A stretch of DNA of 64,000 nucleotides from Promethearchaeota archaeon (lineage in GTDB: Archaea > Asgardarchaeota > Lokiarchaeia > Sigyniarchaeales > SOKP01): positions 64,001 to 128,000 of the forward strand of contig JBHLLU010000001.1 of the NCBI GenBank assembly GCA_048938895.1. Direction: 5' to 3'. Below the pieces are notes generated by a model. It was not told where the DNA came from and did no database searches. It saw only the letters and a list, made by a program, of their open reading frames with translations. This document shows positions 9,639 to 18,315 of the stretch, piece by piece; within the stretch, counting starts at the first letter, position 1, and each line of letters opens with the position of its first letter. The translations under genes and the position numbers were made by a program.

Positions 9639-11348
9639 CTATGTAGAATTGCTTATCCATGGTGGATTCCATTTAGTTATTAATACGGGTGATTTTTCTA
9701 GCACCATTTGCTGATTTTGGTTTTTGATTATAATATTCGAAAGCCAGTTCGCAGGATCTGCTTTTGGATAATCAGTTCGATAATGAGCTCCTCTCGATTC
9801 TTTACGCATTAATGCTGAACGAACAAGCATTTCACATACAATTAACATATCAAACAATTCTAAGGAACTTACCCATTCTGTATTATATCTAGTTGCCTTG
9901 TTTTTCACCATTAATTGATTTACAACTTGATTTTGTTGCTTTTCAATGAAATTTAATGCAAAAGAGAGATCTTCCTCATTTCTGAATATCCCTGCTTTAT
10001 CCCACATTACTTTTTGAAGTTTAGCTTTTTCTTCAGCTGTGGTTAAACCCTCTTCCCTGTCTAAGATAGCTTTAACTCTATTATATTCTTGATCAATAAT
10101 TTTTCTATCAATTCTTGGAACTGAAACGACTGTAGCATGTTTCGATGCATTTCTTCCAGCTATATGTCCAAATACCTGAGTATCAGCAAGAGCATTACCC
10201 CCAAGACGATTCCCTCCATGTATTCCGCCTACAACTTCACCAGCAGCATATAACCCTTTTAAATTTGTTTCTGACTTATTATTAATCTTAATCCCTCCCA
10301 TCATATGATGAGCAGTTGGTGTAACCTCCATTGGCTCCTTTCGAATGTCAATTCCAATATCAAGAAAGTCTTCTAACATTGTTGGGAGTCGTTCTTCTAT
10401 TATTCTAGCTGGGATGAATGAAATATCTAGATATACTGCGTCATTTTCAGTTCCACGTCCTTCCCGGATCTCAGTTGCAATAGATCGAGCAACTTCGTCC
10501 CGACCGGCTAATTCCATTGAAGTAGGATTATATTTCTTCATAAATCGTTGACCATCTTTATTAAGAAGTATTCCTCCTTCTCCCCTAACACCCTCAGTAA
10601 CAAGGCGTCCCCTAGCTGAGGGAGGTATAGCTGCTCCTGTGGGGTGGAATTGGAATTGTTCCATATCAACCAGCTCAACACCAGCCTTATAAGCCATTGA
10701 ATAACCACTCCCTACATCGGCTTGGGCGTTAGTTGTGGTTTCATAGATTCTTCCTGCACCCCCTGCTGCCATTACTATGGCAGAAGCACGAATGGCTTTA
10801 AAATTTCCTGATTTAATATCAACGATTGTAACTCCAGCTACTCGATTATTATCTCTAAGTAGTGAGGTTGCATAAACTTCATCAATAAGCGTAATTTCTC
10901 GTCTTCTTATCTCATCCGTTAAAGTTGCCAAAATTTCATGACCTGTTCTGTCTCCCGCATAACAAGTTCTTCGATAACTCTGATGTCCAAAAGGTCGTTG
11001 CATAATTAAACCGTCTGGAGTTCGAGAAAATATACCACCAAAATTTTCAAGATCATAAACTCGATCTGGTGCCTCTTTCGCAAGGATTTCAACAAGAGTT
11101 TGATCATTTAAATAAGCTCCCGCGTTCACTGTATCATTTGCATGATATTCCCATGTGTCATCAGGATCTAAATTTGCTAAAGCTGCATTATATCCCCCTT
11201 CAGCCATAACTGTGTGAGCCTTCCCTAATACATCTTTAGTAATGATAAGAACATCTTGATTTAGATCAGATGCTGCTATTGCAGCCCGACATCCTGCTCC
11301 TCCTGCTCCTATAATTAAAACATCAGTATCTATGATTTCAAAAGTCAA
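9639..11348 (-). CDS. tfrA: Fumarate reductase / succinate dehydrogenase flavoprotein (TfrA-like)
   Basis: GAGGAG, AHTVMAEGG, QFHPT, TEGVRGEGG, HHMMGG, HGGNRLGGN and ESRGAHYR motifs. TTG start after GGAGG; no membrane-anchor genes adjacent. Confidence 0.88.
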   Translation of the reverse strand: MTFEIIDTDVLIIGAGGAGCRAAIAASDLNQDVLIITKDVLGKAHTVMAEGGYNAALANLDPDDTWEYHANDTVNAGAYLNDQTLVEILAKEAPDRVYDLENFGGIFSRTPDGLIMQRPFGHQSYRRTCYAGDRTGHEILATLTDEIRRREITLIDEVYATSLLRDNNRVAGVTIVDIKSGNFKAIRASAIVMAAGGAGRIYETTTNAQADVGSGYSMAYKAGVELVDMEQFQFHPTGAAIPPSARGRLVTEGVRGEGGILLNKDGQRFMKKYNPTSMELAGRDEVARSIATEIREGRGTENDAVYLDISFIPARIIEERLPTMLEDFLDIGIDIRKEPMEVTPTAHHMMGGIKINNKSETNLKGLYAAGEVVGGIHGGNRLGGNALADTQVFGHIAGRNASKHATVVSVPRIDRKIIDQEYNRVKAILDREEGLTTAEEKAKLQKVMWDKAGIFRNEEDLSFALNFIEKQQNQVVNQLMVKNKATRYNTEWVSSLELFDMLIVCEMLVRSALMRKESRGAHYRTDYPKADPANWLSNIIIKNQNQQMVLEKSPVLITKWNPPWISNST

Positions 11349-11802
11349 TTTGATGCCCTCCTAAGTTTGTTGTTTTTATAAAATTAACTGGCGAATCAAG
11401 TTCTATTTTTTCAAGATTAAATTCTTTTTTTATTAACTCAACAATATTTTGAGAAACCCAATCATGAGCTTTTTTCTGTCCTAACTCATAATCTTCAGCC
11501 TCAATATTACGATCAATTCTCATAAAAATATTATATGGTTCATCTTCTGAAAATTCTTTTGAAAGTACCCAGAAAGATTTACTTCCTTCAGGAATATCTA
11601 TCGAACCAGTAATTTCATACCATTCTTTAATTGTCATTTTTCCATGTAATTCTTCATCTTTTCTTACCTTCATCATTTGAACATTCTTTAGAGAAGATAC
11701 CCTCTTTAAACTCGTAAGTAACTTTTCACTTGATTCAATTAAATTAAAGTGTATGATTCTGATTCTTAGATATAAATCAGCTCTAAATATCGGCAATATC
11801 AT
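11338..11802 (-). CDS. Hypothetical protein, overlapping the tfrA start
   Basis: 154-aa ORF preceded by AGGAAGGT; overlaps tfrA by 11 bp; no motif recognised. Confidence 0.6.
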   Translation of the reverse strand: MILPIFRADLYLRIRIIHFNLIESSEKLLTSLKRVSSLKNVQMMKVRKDEELHGKMTIKEWYEITGSIDIPEGSKSFWVLSKEFSEDEPYNIFMRIDRNIEAEDYELGQKKAHDWVSQNIVELIKKEFNLEKIELDSPVNFIKTTNLGGHQIDF

Positions 11803-12019
11803 TTACCTTCCTGTTTTTAAATCAAAACCTAGCAAATAATAGTGTTTAAAGTTTAATACCTTTAAAATTTTTTATTTTATTGATAAAATATTTCCATCGA
11901 ACTAGTGTTTTGATTAAAAGACATTGGTTTATATTTGTAGCAATTTTGTTCCAAACTTAATAAAACTTAATACAAAGAAGTATTTTATAATAACAATCGT
12001 ATAAAAGGATGATATAATA

Positions 12020-12373
12020 TTGGAAAACACGCTTAAAAGTTCTGCAGTAAAATGCAAAAAATGTGGCTACCTACAACATAATTCTCATGTAAGATGTTTG
12101 AGTTGTAAATACACCAAATTTGAAACTATTTATCCCTCGGGGAAATGTAAACTTCTAACTTATACTATTTTGACAGCACCACCCGCTGAATTTAGGAAAA
12201 ATCCTTTTTATGCTCTAGGGATTGTTGAATATGAAAACGGTGTAAAGGCTCTTGGACAATTAAGTACTCAAGAAAATTTAAAAACGGGTATGGAACTAAA
12301 ACCTGTATATACTAAAATCTGCGATGATCTAGATGGAAAAGAAATATATAATTTTATTTTTACACCAGATTGA
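12020..12373 (+). CDS. DUF35-family Zn-ribbon + OB-fold protein (acyl-CoA associated)
   Basis: CKKCG...CLSC zinc ribbon followed by LLTYT...PFYALGIVEYENG...GMEL OB-fold. Confidence 0.85.
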   Translation: MENTLKSSAVKCKKCGYLQHNSHVRCLSCKYTKFETIYPSGKCKLLTYTILTAPPAEFRKNPFYALGIVEYENGVKALGQLSTQENLKTGMELKPVYTKICDDLDGKEIYNFIFTPD

Positions 12374-12470
12374 TTCTATCTAAAGAGGTATTAGGAAAAT
12401 GTTTTCTAATAAAGGAATTGAAAAGATTAAAACGAAACTGGAATTTTAATGAAGCTTCTGAATAAAAAAT

Positions 12471-13904
12471 TTATGTTTTGACTCTTTTATTATACTCTGA
12501 TATTTTTCGTAACAAAGGGATGACTTGGAGTGGATCACTAAAAATAGGAACTTTCCTTTCTGCCAGTTTTGCGGCTACTCGTTCTCTATCTTCTGGTCGA
12601 TTTAACCGTTGAATAATTGGAATAACAGGTTTATTATATTTATGCCCTAAACTAAGACTTTCAATTACGATCGATTCAAAAGAATTGCTATATCTTGATC
12701 GTGTAAAAATTGGTGTTAAATAAAAACTGGGCATATCTATTATTAATCCATCGATATTTTTATCTGATAAAGCAAGATTTAAAACATCATATATAAAACT
12801 TTCAAAAAAGAAATGCGCTGCCATATCTAAAGGATTTTTAGGGCTTGTCCCTGGCAAAATGAATTTAGAATTTAGTTTTTCTTGAATATCGGAACTAAAT
12901 TGAGGTAGATTAAATCCATATTTTTCCAATAGATCTATCATAACTACTCCATATCCACCGCTAACGCTTGCCACTGCTAAATTATTAATTTCAAAATTAC
13001 CATAGCAATCGATAAGGTGAGCTGTATGTAAAAGTTGCTCGAGTGAATCAACTTCTATAAGGTTGTATTGTCTAAAGAATGCTTTCCACAACTTATCATT
13101 ACCTGAAATTGAAGCAGTATGGGTTTTAGCTGCTATTGAACCGCTTTTTGATTGACCCCCTTTAAGACATATAATGGGTTTTTTATTTTGCTCTAAAACT
13201 TTCTTAAGAACATCAATTCTACCATTTTTAATTCCTTCTAAATAGCATAGAATTATATCCGTTTCAGGATCTTCACTTAGAAAATAAATTAAATCCACAG
13301 GATCTAAATCTGCTCCATTTCCAAATGAAAACGCTTTAGAATACTTAATTCCAAAAGCTTTTGCCCCATATATTGATATATTACACATCCCACCTGATTG
13401 TGCAACTAATCCTATATTTCCTGCTGTCATTGGGAATTGTGAACGATAGGCTATCCCCAATTTCGGATAATATAAACCCATTCCATTTGGCCCTAAAATT
13501 CTCACTTTACTTTGAGCCCTTCTTAGCAATTCTTGTTCCAATTTTAACCCTTCCTCGGTTCCGGAATCAGAAAAATCAGAACTAAAAATAGTTACAAGTT
13601 TTACTCCTTTTTCAACACAATCATAGATTACATTTAGTACTTGAGAAGCAGGTACTGTAATCCATGCATAATCAATATCTTCTTTGATTTCTTTTAGAGT
13701 AGACGCTATCAAATCCTTACTGAACCCAGGAATTTCTTTTAAAGTGGGATGGACCGCATAAACATTACCCTTGAAACCCTCCGCATGACTCTTATAGAAG
13801 TAATAATCTCTTTTTTTGGAAGGACCAATTACTGCAATAGTTTTAATATCATTGATAAATGAAATATCTTTTACATCTAAATTTGAATGTCCTACTTCAG
13901 TCAT
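12471..13904 (-). CDS. acdA: ADP-forming acyl-CoA synthetase (acetate-CoA ligase family), alpha subunit
   Basis: CoA-binding IAVIG, RILGPNGMG, QSGG, SFGNGADL, YLEG, phospho-His AKTHTAS, SGGYG and KNPLD. Probable start 13904 (ORF track start 13928). Confidence 0.85.
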   Translation of the reverse strand: MTEVGHSNLDVKDISFINDIKTIAVIGPSKKRDYYFYKSHAEGFKGNVYAVHPTLKEIPGFSKDLIASTLKEIKEDIDYAWITVPASQVLNVIYDCVEKGVKLVTIFSSDFSDSGTEEGLKLEQELLRRAQSKVRILGPNGMGLYYPKLGIAYRSQFPMTAGNIGLVAQSGGMCNISIYGAKAFGIKYSKAFSFGNGADLDPVDLIYFLSEDPETDIILCYLEGIKNGRIDVLKKVLEQNKKPIICLKGGQSKSGSIAAKTHTASISGNDKLWKAFFRQYNLIEVDSLEQLLHTAHLIDCYGNFEINNLAVASVSGGYGVVMIDLLEKYGFNLPQFSSDIQEKLNSKFILPGTSPKNPLDMAAHFFFESFIYDVLNLALSDKNIDGLIIDMPSFYLTPIFTRSRYSNSFESIVIESLSLGHKYNKPVIPIIQRLNRPEDRERVAAKLAERKVPIFSDPLQVIPLLRKISEYNKRVKT

Positions 13905-14031
13905 TACATAGAAAAATAATTTAATCATTTTATTTTTTCATATTTTAACTATTCCAAAAATGTCTATGGTAAACTTTTTATGCGATGGGATAACCAACCC
14001 ACCTTATCTCTTTTTAGTTATAACAAAAAAT

Positions 14032-14046
14032 GAAAAATTTTAAATA
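14032..14046 (+). promoter_or_regulatory. Putative archaeal BRE/TATA promoter for the secreted peptidase
   Basis: GAAAAA followed by TTTTAAATA about 160 bp upstream of the ATG at 14206; the AT-rich context lowers specificity. Confidence 0.35.
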
Positions 14047-14205
14047 AGAAAGCTTCAAATATTAAATTCAACGAAAGCCTTGAAATTGTTTTTCATTTTC
14101 AAGTATGCTTGTCGATGTTCAAAATATTTCATTTTTTCTGCGGAAACCAATGAATTTTAAAGAACAAAAAACAAATTTTTAAAAAAAAAATGAGTTGATA
14201 AAAAA

Positions 14206-16509
14206 ATGAGAAAAAAACAATTACTTGTACTGCTAATAGTCTTCATCTTTTTAAATGTTGCTAGTCTAACTTTCGTAATCAGTGCAAAAGGCGCAACTAA
14301 CAATAACATACCTACTCCTGAAGAATTATATGCTCAAACCCACGATGGTGATTTAGTTGGAATCGATGGTACAGACCGATTTCGAGGTATACCTTTAATA
14401 ACTGATGTGGAACCAGATAAAGGGAATACTTGGACAGTCCCTGTTATAAATGATTGGACTGGTGGATGGGAATGGATGGATTTTGAGTGTGTTTTGAGTG
14501 ATGAACATGCCAATATCTGGATTGGACTCTGGCCCGATGTTTGGGACGGTGGATTCCAAGATTATTATGATCCTGGATTTGAAGGTTTTGAAGATGATAC
14601 TTGGTATTTTGCCTACCCATGGAGTTCAGAAGGAGCCAACGCTACACTATGGGGTGCTCCTGATCCTGATAATGATGGATGGTATATGACACCAGGCTAC
14701 ATGGATTATATCACAGGGCAAGATTTAATGAATGTTATGGAGGAATTTGAAACTAACATCTATGAAACAGATACTGCTTACTTTGGTATGTATGCTGATC
14801 GACCTGGACCATTAGATGATTATAAGATTCAAATCTTAATATTCAATATTCGAGATGGTCTCTATTATGATCCAATTAATGCTGGTTGGTTTACAGCAGG
14901 ATACTTCTGGTCCTTTGCTAGTGAATATAATGACGCAAATATTTTCCACATGGATACCTATCAATGGTGGAGGAGACAAGGGTATCGAGAAGAACCATTG
15001 CCATTTGGACTCAATCCCCTTTCATATGATTATGAGGGCACATTCGCTCATGAATTTCAACATCTTATCCATTATGATGTAGATTCTAATGAATTATCTT
15101 GGGTCAATGAAGGATGCTCAACATTGGCTGAATGGTTATGCGGATATGGTGCTCCGTATGGGCACATAGGAGATTACTTTTTCTATTACTGGGATGTTTC
15201 GTTGGTACTTTGGGGTACCAGTACATTTACAGGTTTAGGTCACTATGGAGTGGATTTCTTGTGGACATTTTATATGTTTGAACATTATGGTGGAGCCGAT
15301 CTCATATGGAATCTTGTTCATGATCAAGCTAATGGAATCGAGGGATGGCAAAATGCGCTCAAATCGATGGGTATATGGAGAACATTCGATCAAATCTTCC
15401 ATGATTGGTCAATTGCAAACTATATAGATGACACATCATTTGGACGGGGTAGATATGGTTATTATGGTATAGATTTTCCCGACGATTCGGATGGAATAAC
15501 TTTACCAATGATGGTGTATTATTGGAACCTTTGGAATCCTTGGCTTGATACATATGTTGAAGAATATCCTAATTATGGATGGGCATATCCGTTTGGAGGC
15601 ACATTACCATATACTCCGAATTATATCGAATTTCACCCCGAAGATAATGGGTTTATGACAGTTGAATTTGATGGGGATGATATTAGTGGTGTTTTAGCTG
15701 TAAGTGGAGATTATAAATGGTATTCTGAAGGAGATGCATGGGCATACTTCAAATTGGGTCAAATATTTGACATACCTGTTGGAGGTGCAACCTTAAATTT
15801 CATGAATTACTTTGATATTGAAACAGATTGGGATTTTGGTTATGTAGAAGTCCACGATCTTGATACAGATGAGTGGTATACGTTGGCCGGTCTAGGCACA
15901 ACAACTTCAATTGGTTATAATTATATGACCGATAATCCAAACTGTCCAGGCGATATGGATGATTGGGGTATTGAACCTACAGCTTATGTCGATGCTGGAA
16001 GATGGAATGCCTTTACAGGTTCAAGCGGTGGTTGGTATGCTGAATCAATGGATCTCTCTACATTTGCAGGGCATCAAATTGAATTATCCTTTACATACTG
16101 GACTGATCCCTATACACTTGGAGCGGGATGGTATCTCGATGATATTGAAATACCTGAACTTGGTTTCTCTGATGATGTCGAAACCGATACTGCTGGATGG
16201 AGTGTAGGTGGTTTGTGGCACAGAGATAATGTAGTTATTCCAAATAACTTTGATGTAAACTTTATAAACATTTTAGAGTTTTACGACTGGCACGGTGAAT
16301 TAAGAGGATCATTCACTACTATAGACCGAATGTGGGTTAATCCAGATACAGAACAAGGTAAAGAATTTATCTTTTTGACTGACAATAAATATTGGTATTC
16401 ATATTCTGTAATGGTGATTGCTAATCAACCTGGGTTTGAACATACATTTGCAGCTGGTTATGAATTTGTCGCTGACAAATTTAATTGGAAATGGTGTTTT
16501 CACTGTTAA
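14206..16509 (+). CDS. Secreted zinc metallopeptidase (HExxH gluzincin, M30/M6-like) with immune-inhibitor-A-type C-terminal beta domain
   Basis: Signal peptide MRKKQLLVLLIVFIF; AHEFQHLIH + NEG; C-terminal DIETDWDFGYVEV, FTGSSGGW, DLSTFAG and GWYLDDI motifs. Confidence 0.8.
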   Translation: MRKKQLLVLLIVFIFLNVASLTFVISAKGATNNNIPTPEELYAQTHDGDLVGIDGTDRFRGIPLITDVEPDKGNTWTVPVINDWTGGWEWMDFECVLSDEHANIWIGLWPDVWDGGFQDYYDPGFEGFEDDTWYFAYPWSSEGANATLWGAPDPDNDGWYMTPGYMDYITGQDLMNVMEEFETNIYETDTAYFGMYADRPGPLDDYKIQILIFNIRDGLYYDPINAGWFTAGYFWSFASEYNDANIFHMDTYQWWRRQGYREEPLPFGLNPLSYDYEGTFAHEFQHLIHYDVDSNELSWVNEGCSTLAEWLCGYGAPYGHIGDYFFYYWDVSLVLWGTSTFTGLGHYGVDFLWTFYMFEHYGGADLIWNLVHDQANGIEGWQNALKSMGIWRTFDQIFHDWSIANYIDDTSFGRGRYGYYGIDFPDDSDGITLPMMVYYWNLWNPWLDTYVEEYPNYGWAYPFGGTLPYTPNYIEFHPEDNGFMTVEFDGDDISGVLAVSGDYKWYSEGDAWAYFKLGQIFDIPVGGATLNFMNYFDIETDWDFGYVEVHDLDTDEWYTLAGLGTTTSIGYNYMTDNPNCPGDMDDWGIEPTAYVDAGRWNAFTGSSGGWYAESMDLSTFAGHQIELSFTYWTDPYTLGAGWYLDDIEIPELGFSDDVETDTAGWSVGGLWHRDNVVIPNNFDVNFINILEFYDWHGELRGSFTTIDRMWVNPDTEQGKEFIFLTDNKYWYSYSVMVIANQPGFEHTFAAGYEFVADKFNWKWCFHC

Positions 16510-16541
16510 ACCGTGAACCCTTTTAATTAAAAATTATTTAA

Positions 16542-16563
16542 TTTTTTTTTTTTATTTATTTTC
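16542..16563 (+). terminator. Oligo-T tract, likely archaeal intrinsic terminator
   Basis: Long T run shortly after the stop codon at 16509. Confidence 0.5.
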
Positions 16564-16741
16564 TATCCTAGAAGAATTTTTCTTCAAAAGATTATCTTTC
16601 CAATGAAGAGAAATTTTAAAATGACTGAAAGGTTGTTAAGATTTATCTAGCCTTAACATTTTTAGGTAATTGGCTTCATTAAGATAATTAATACATAAAA
16701 TAATTAACAGATAATAATAAAGAAAAAAAATTCCATACATA

Positions 16742-17242
16742 ATGATGATTCAAAATAATGAAAAGAAAGACAGATCAAATCGTTTAGTGAAATTATTCAA
16801 TACCTTTAAAGGGAAGAATTTGAAGGACTTTCCAGTTCCACCTTTCACGAAATGGCTGAATGGTTCGATTGTTAAAGCGGAATATGGGGAAATCGTCTTA
16901 GAATTTGATATTCGGTCAGAAATGGCAAATCCAACGGGTTTATTGCACGGAGGAATGCAATGTGCTTTAATGGATGATACAATTGGGATGATGACAGCGA
17001 CTCTGGGCTATGAGGGATTCCCAATAAGCATTGATTTTCATGTAGATTATCTAGGAAAAGTAAAAGTGGGGGAAAAAGTAAAAGTAATTGGAAAGATGAT
17101 CAGAGAAGGACGAAATATTATACACGCCGTTGCGGAAATTTATGATATAGGTGGAAAGCTTATATCTACAGGGAATTCAAACCTGTTAAAAACGAGTTTT
17201 GTTCCTGAATATATAGAAAAAGCAGATGAGTTTTCAGAATAA
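16742..17242 (+). CDS. PaaI-family hotdog thioesterase
   Basis: NPTGLLHGGMQCALMDDTIG motif. Confidence 0.9.
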   Translation: MMIQNNEKKDRSNRLVKLFNTFKGKNLKDFPVPPFTKWLNGSIVKAEYGEIVLEFDIRSEMANPTGLLHGGMQCALMDDTIGMMTATLGYEGFPISIDFHVDYLGKVKVGEKVKVIGKMIREGRNIIHAVAEIYDIGGKLISTGNSNLLKTSFVPEYIEKADEFSE

Positions 17243-17281
17243 TGAACAATTGGTTAAAACATTTAAAATACATATTAGATT

Positions 17282-18208
17282 ATGGATAAGAAAAATTTGG
17301 AACTCTTATTGGAAGCGCTTAGGAGAAATAACTCTTCAGGGGCCAATGAGATTGTTAAGGAAGCTCTTAAAATTATAAAAGTTCGATTAGATCTAATAGA
17401 AAATTCAAATATGGATATAACTGAAGAAATTCATTTATTACTTAAGAAAATTATTGACACCAGACCCACTATGGCACCTTTAATTAACGTAGTTGGTTTT
17501 CTCCTTAATAATTTAACTATAATAACGAAGAGATCTTTTGAAAACAAAATTAAACAATTACAAAAGAATCAAATTGAGAAAAATAAAGATCTTGAGCGTA
17601 ACTTTAATAAATTTTTACATGAGAGAAAGAAAGACCTGAAAAAAATTATGCTCATATCATATAGTTCAACTATTTTTAACCTTTTAAAAAAGAATAAAGA
17701 TTTTGAATTAGAACTATTTGTTTTAGAATCTAGACCTCTCTTAGAAGGACGAAAAACTGCGAAATTTCTGTCTAAATATTTTAAAACAACTCTTATTATA
17801 GATGCTGCTATGGGAAAATTCCTAGAACAAACTGACTTAGTTCTAATAGGTACTGATAGTATCTTAAGAGATGGCTCAATAATTAACAAGATTGGCTCAT
17901 ATCCTTTAACAGTATTAAGTAAATTAAAAAATATTGATGTCTTTGTTGTAGGAGATTCTCTTAAATACAACCTTAGAAGTCATTATGGTTATGAGATTTT
18001 AATAGAAGAGAAATTGAGTAGCGAAGTTTTTGATATAAATGAAGATACAAATATAGATGTATTGAATTACTATTTTGAAGTAATTCCCTCAGAGTATATC
18101 TCGGGGATAATTTCTGATTTAGGAATACTAAGTATCCAAGAATTTACAGAAAGGGTGAAAAACCTTCTTCCAATCGAGTGGTTTAAATATTTTATAAATG
18201 ATCATTAA
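17282..18208 (+). CDS. eIF-2B alpha/beta/delta-family protein (aIF-2B / R15P isomerase-like)
   Basis: SGA, RPTMAPL, SYSST, ESRPLLEG, GTDSI..DG..INKIGS, NYYFE and ISDLG motifs. Confidence 0.85.
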   Translation: MDKKNLELLLEALRRNNSSGANEIVKEALKIIKVRLDLIENSNMDITEEIHLLLKKIIDTRPTMAPLINVVGFLLNNLTIITKRSFENKIKQLQKNQIEKNKDLERNFNKFLHERKKDLKKIMLISYSSTIFNLLKKNKDFELELFVLESRPLLEGRKTAKFLSKYFKTTLIIDAAMGKFLEQTDLVLIGTDSILRDGSIINKIGSYPLTVLSKLKNIDVFVVGDSLKYNLRSHYGYEILIEEKLSSEVFDINEDTNIDVLNYYFEVIPSEYISGIISDLGILSIQEFTERVKNLLPIEWFKYFINDH

Positions 18209-18315
18209 TCATCCATTTCGCATAAAGAACTACATTCTATTGACTTTATATATCGTCTTCCATTATAAGTAACCTATGAAATATCAAAAGTGGTGAATGA
18301 ATTATAAAAAAAGAA

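Noticed and set aside
13981-14010. GC-richer hairpin-like patch (GGGATAA...TTATCTC) considered as a riboswitch
   Set aside because: It is short and matches no riboswitch consensus I know.
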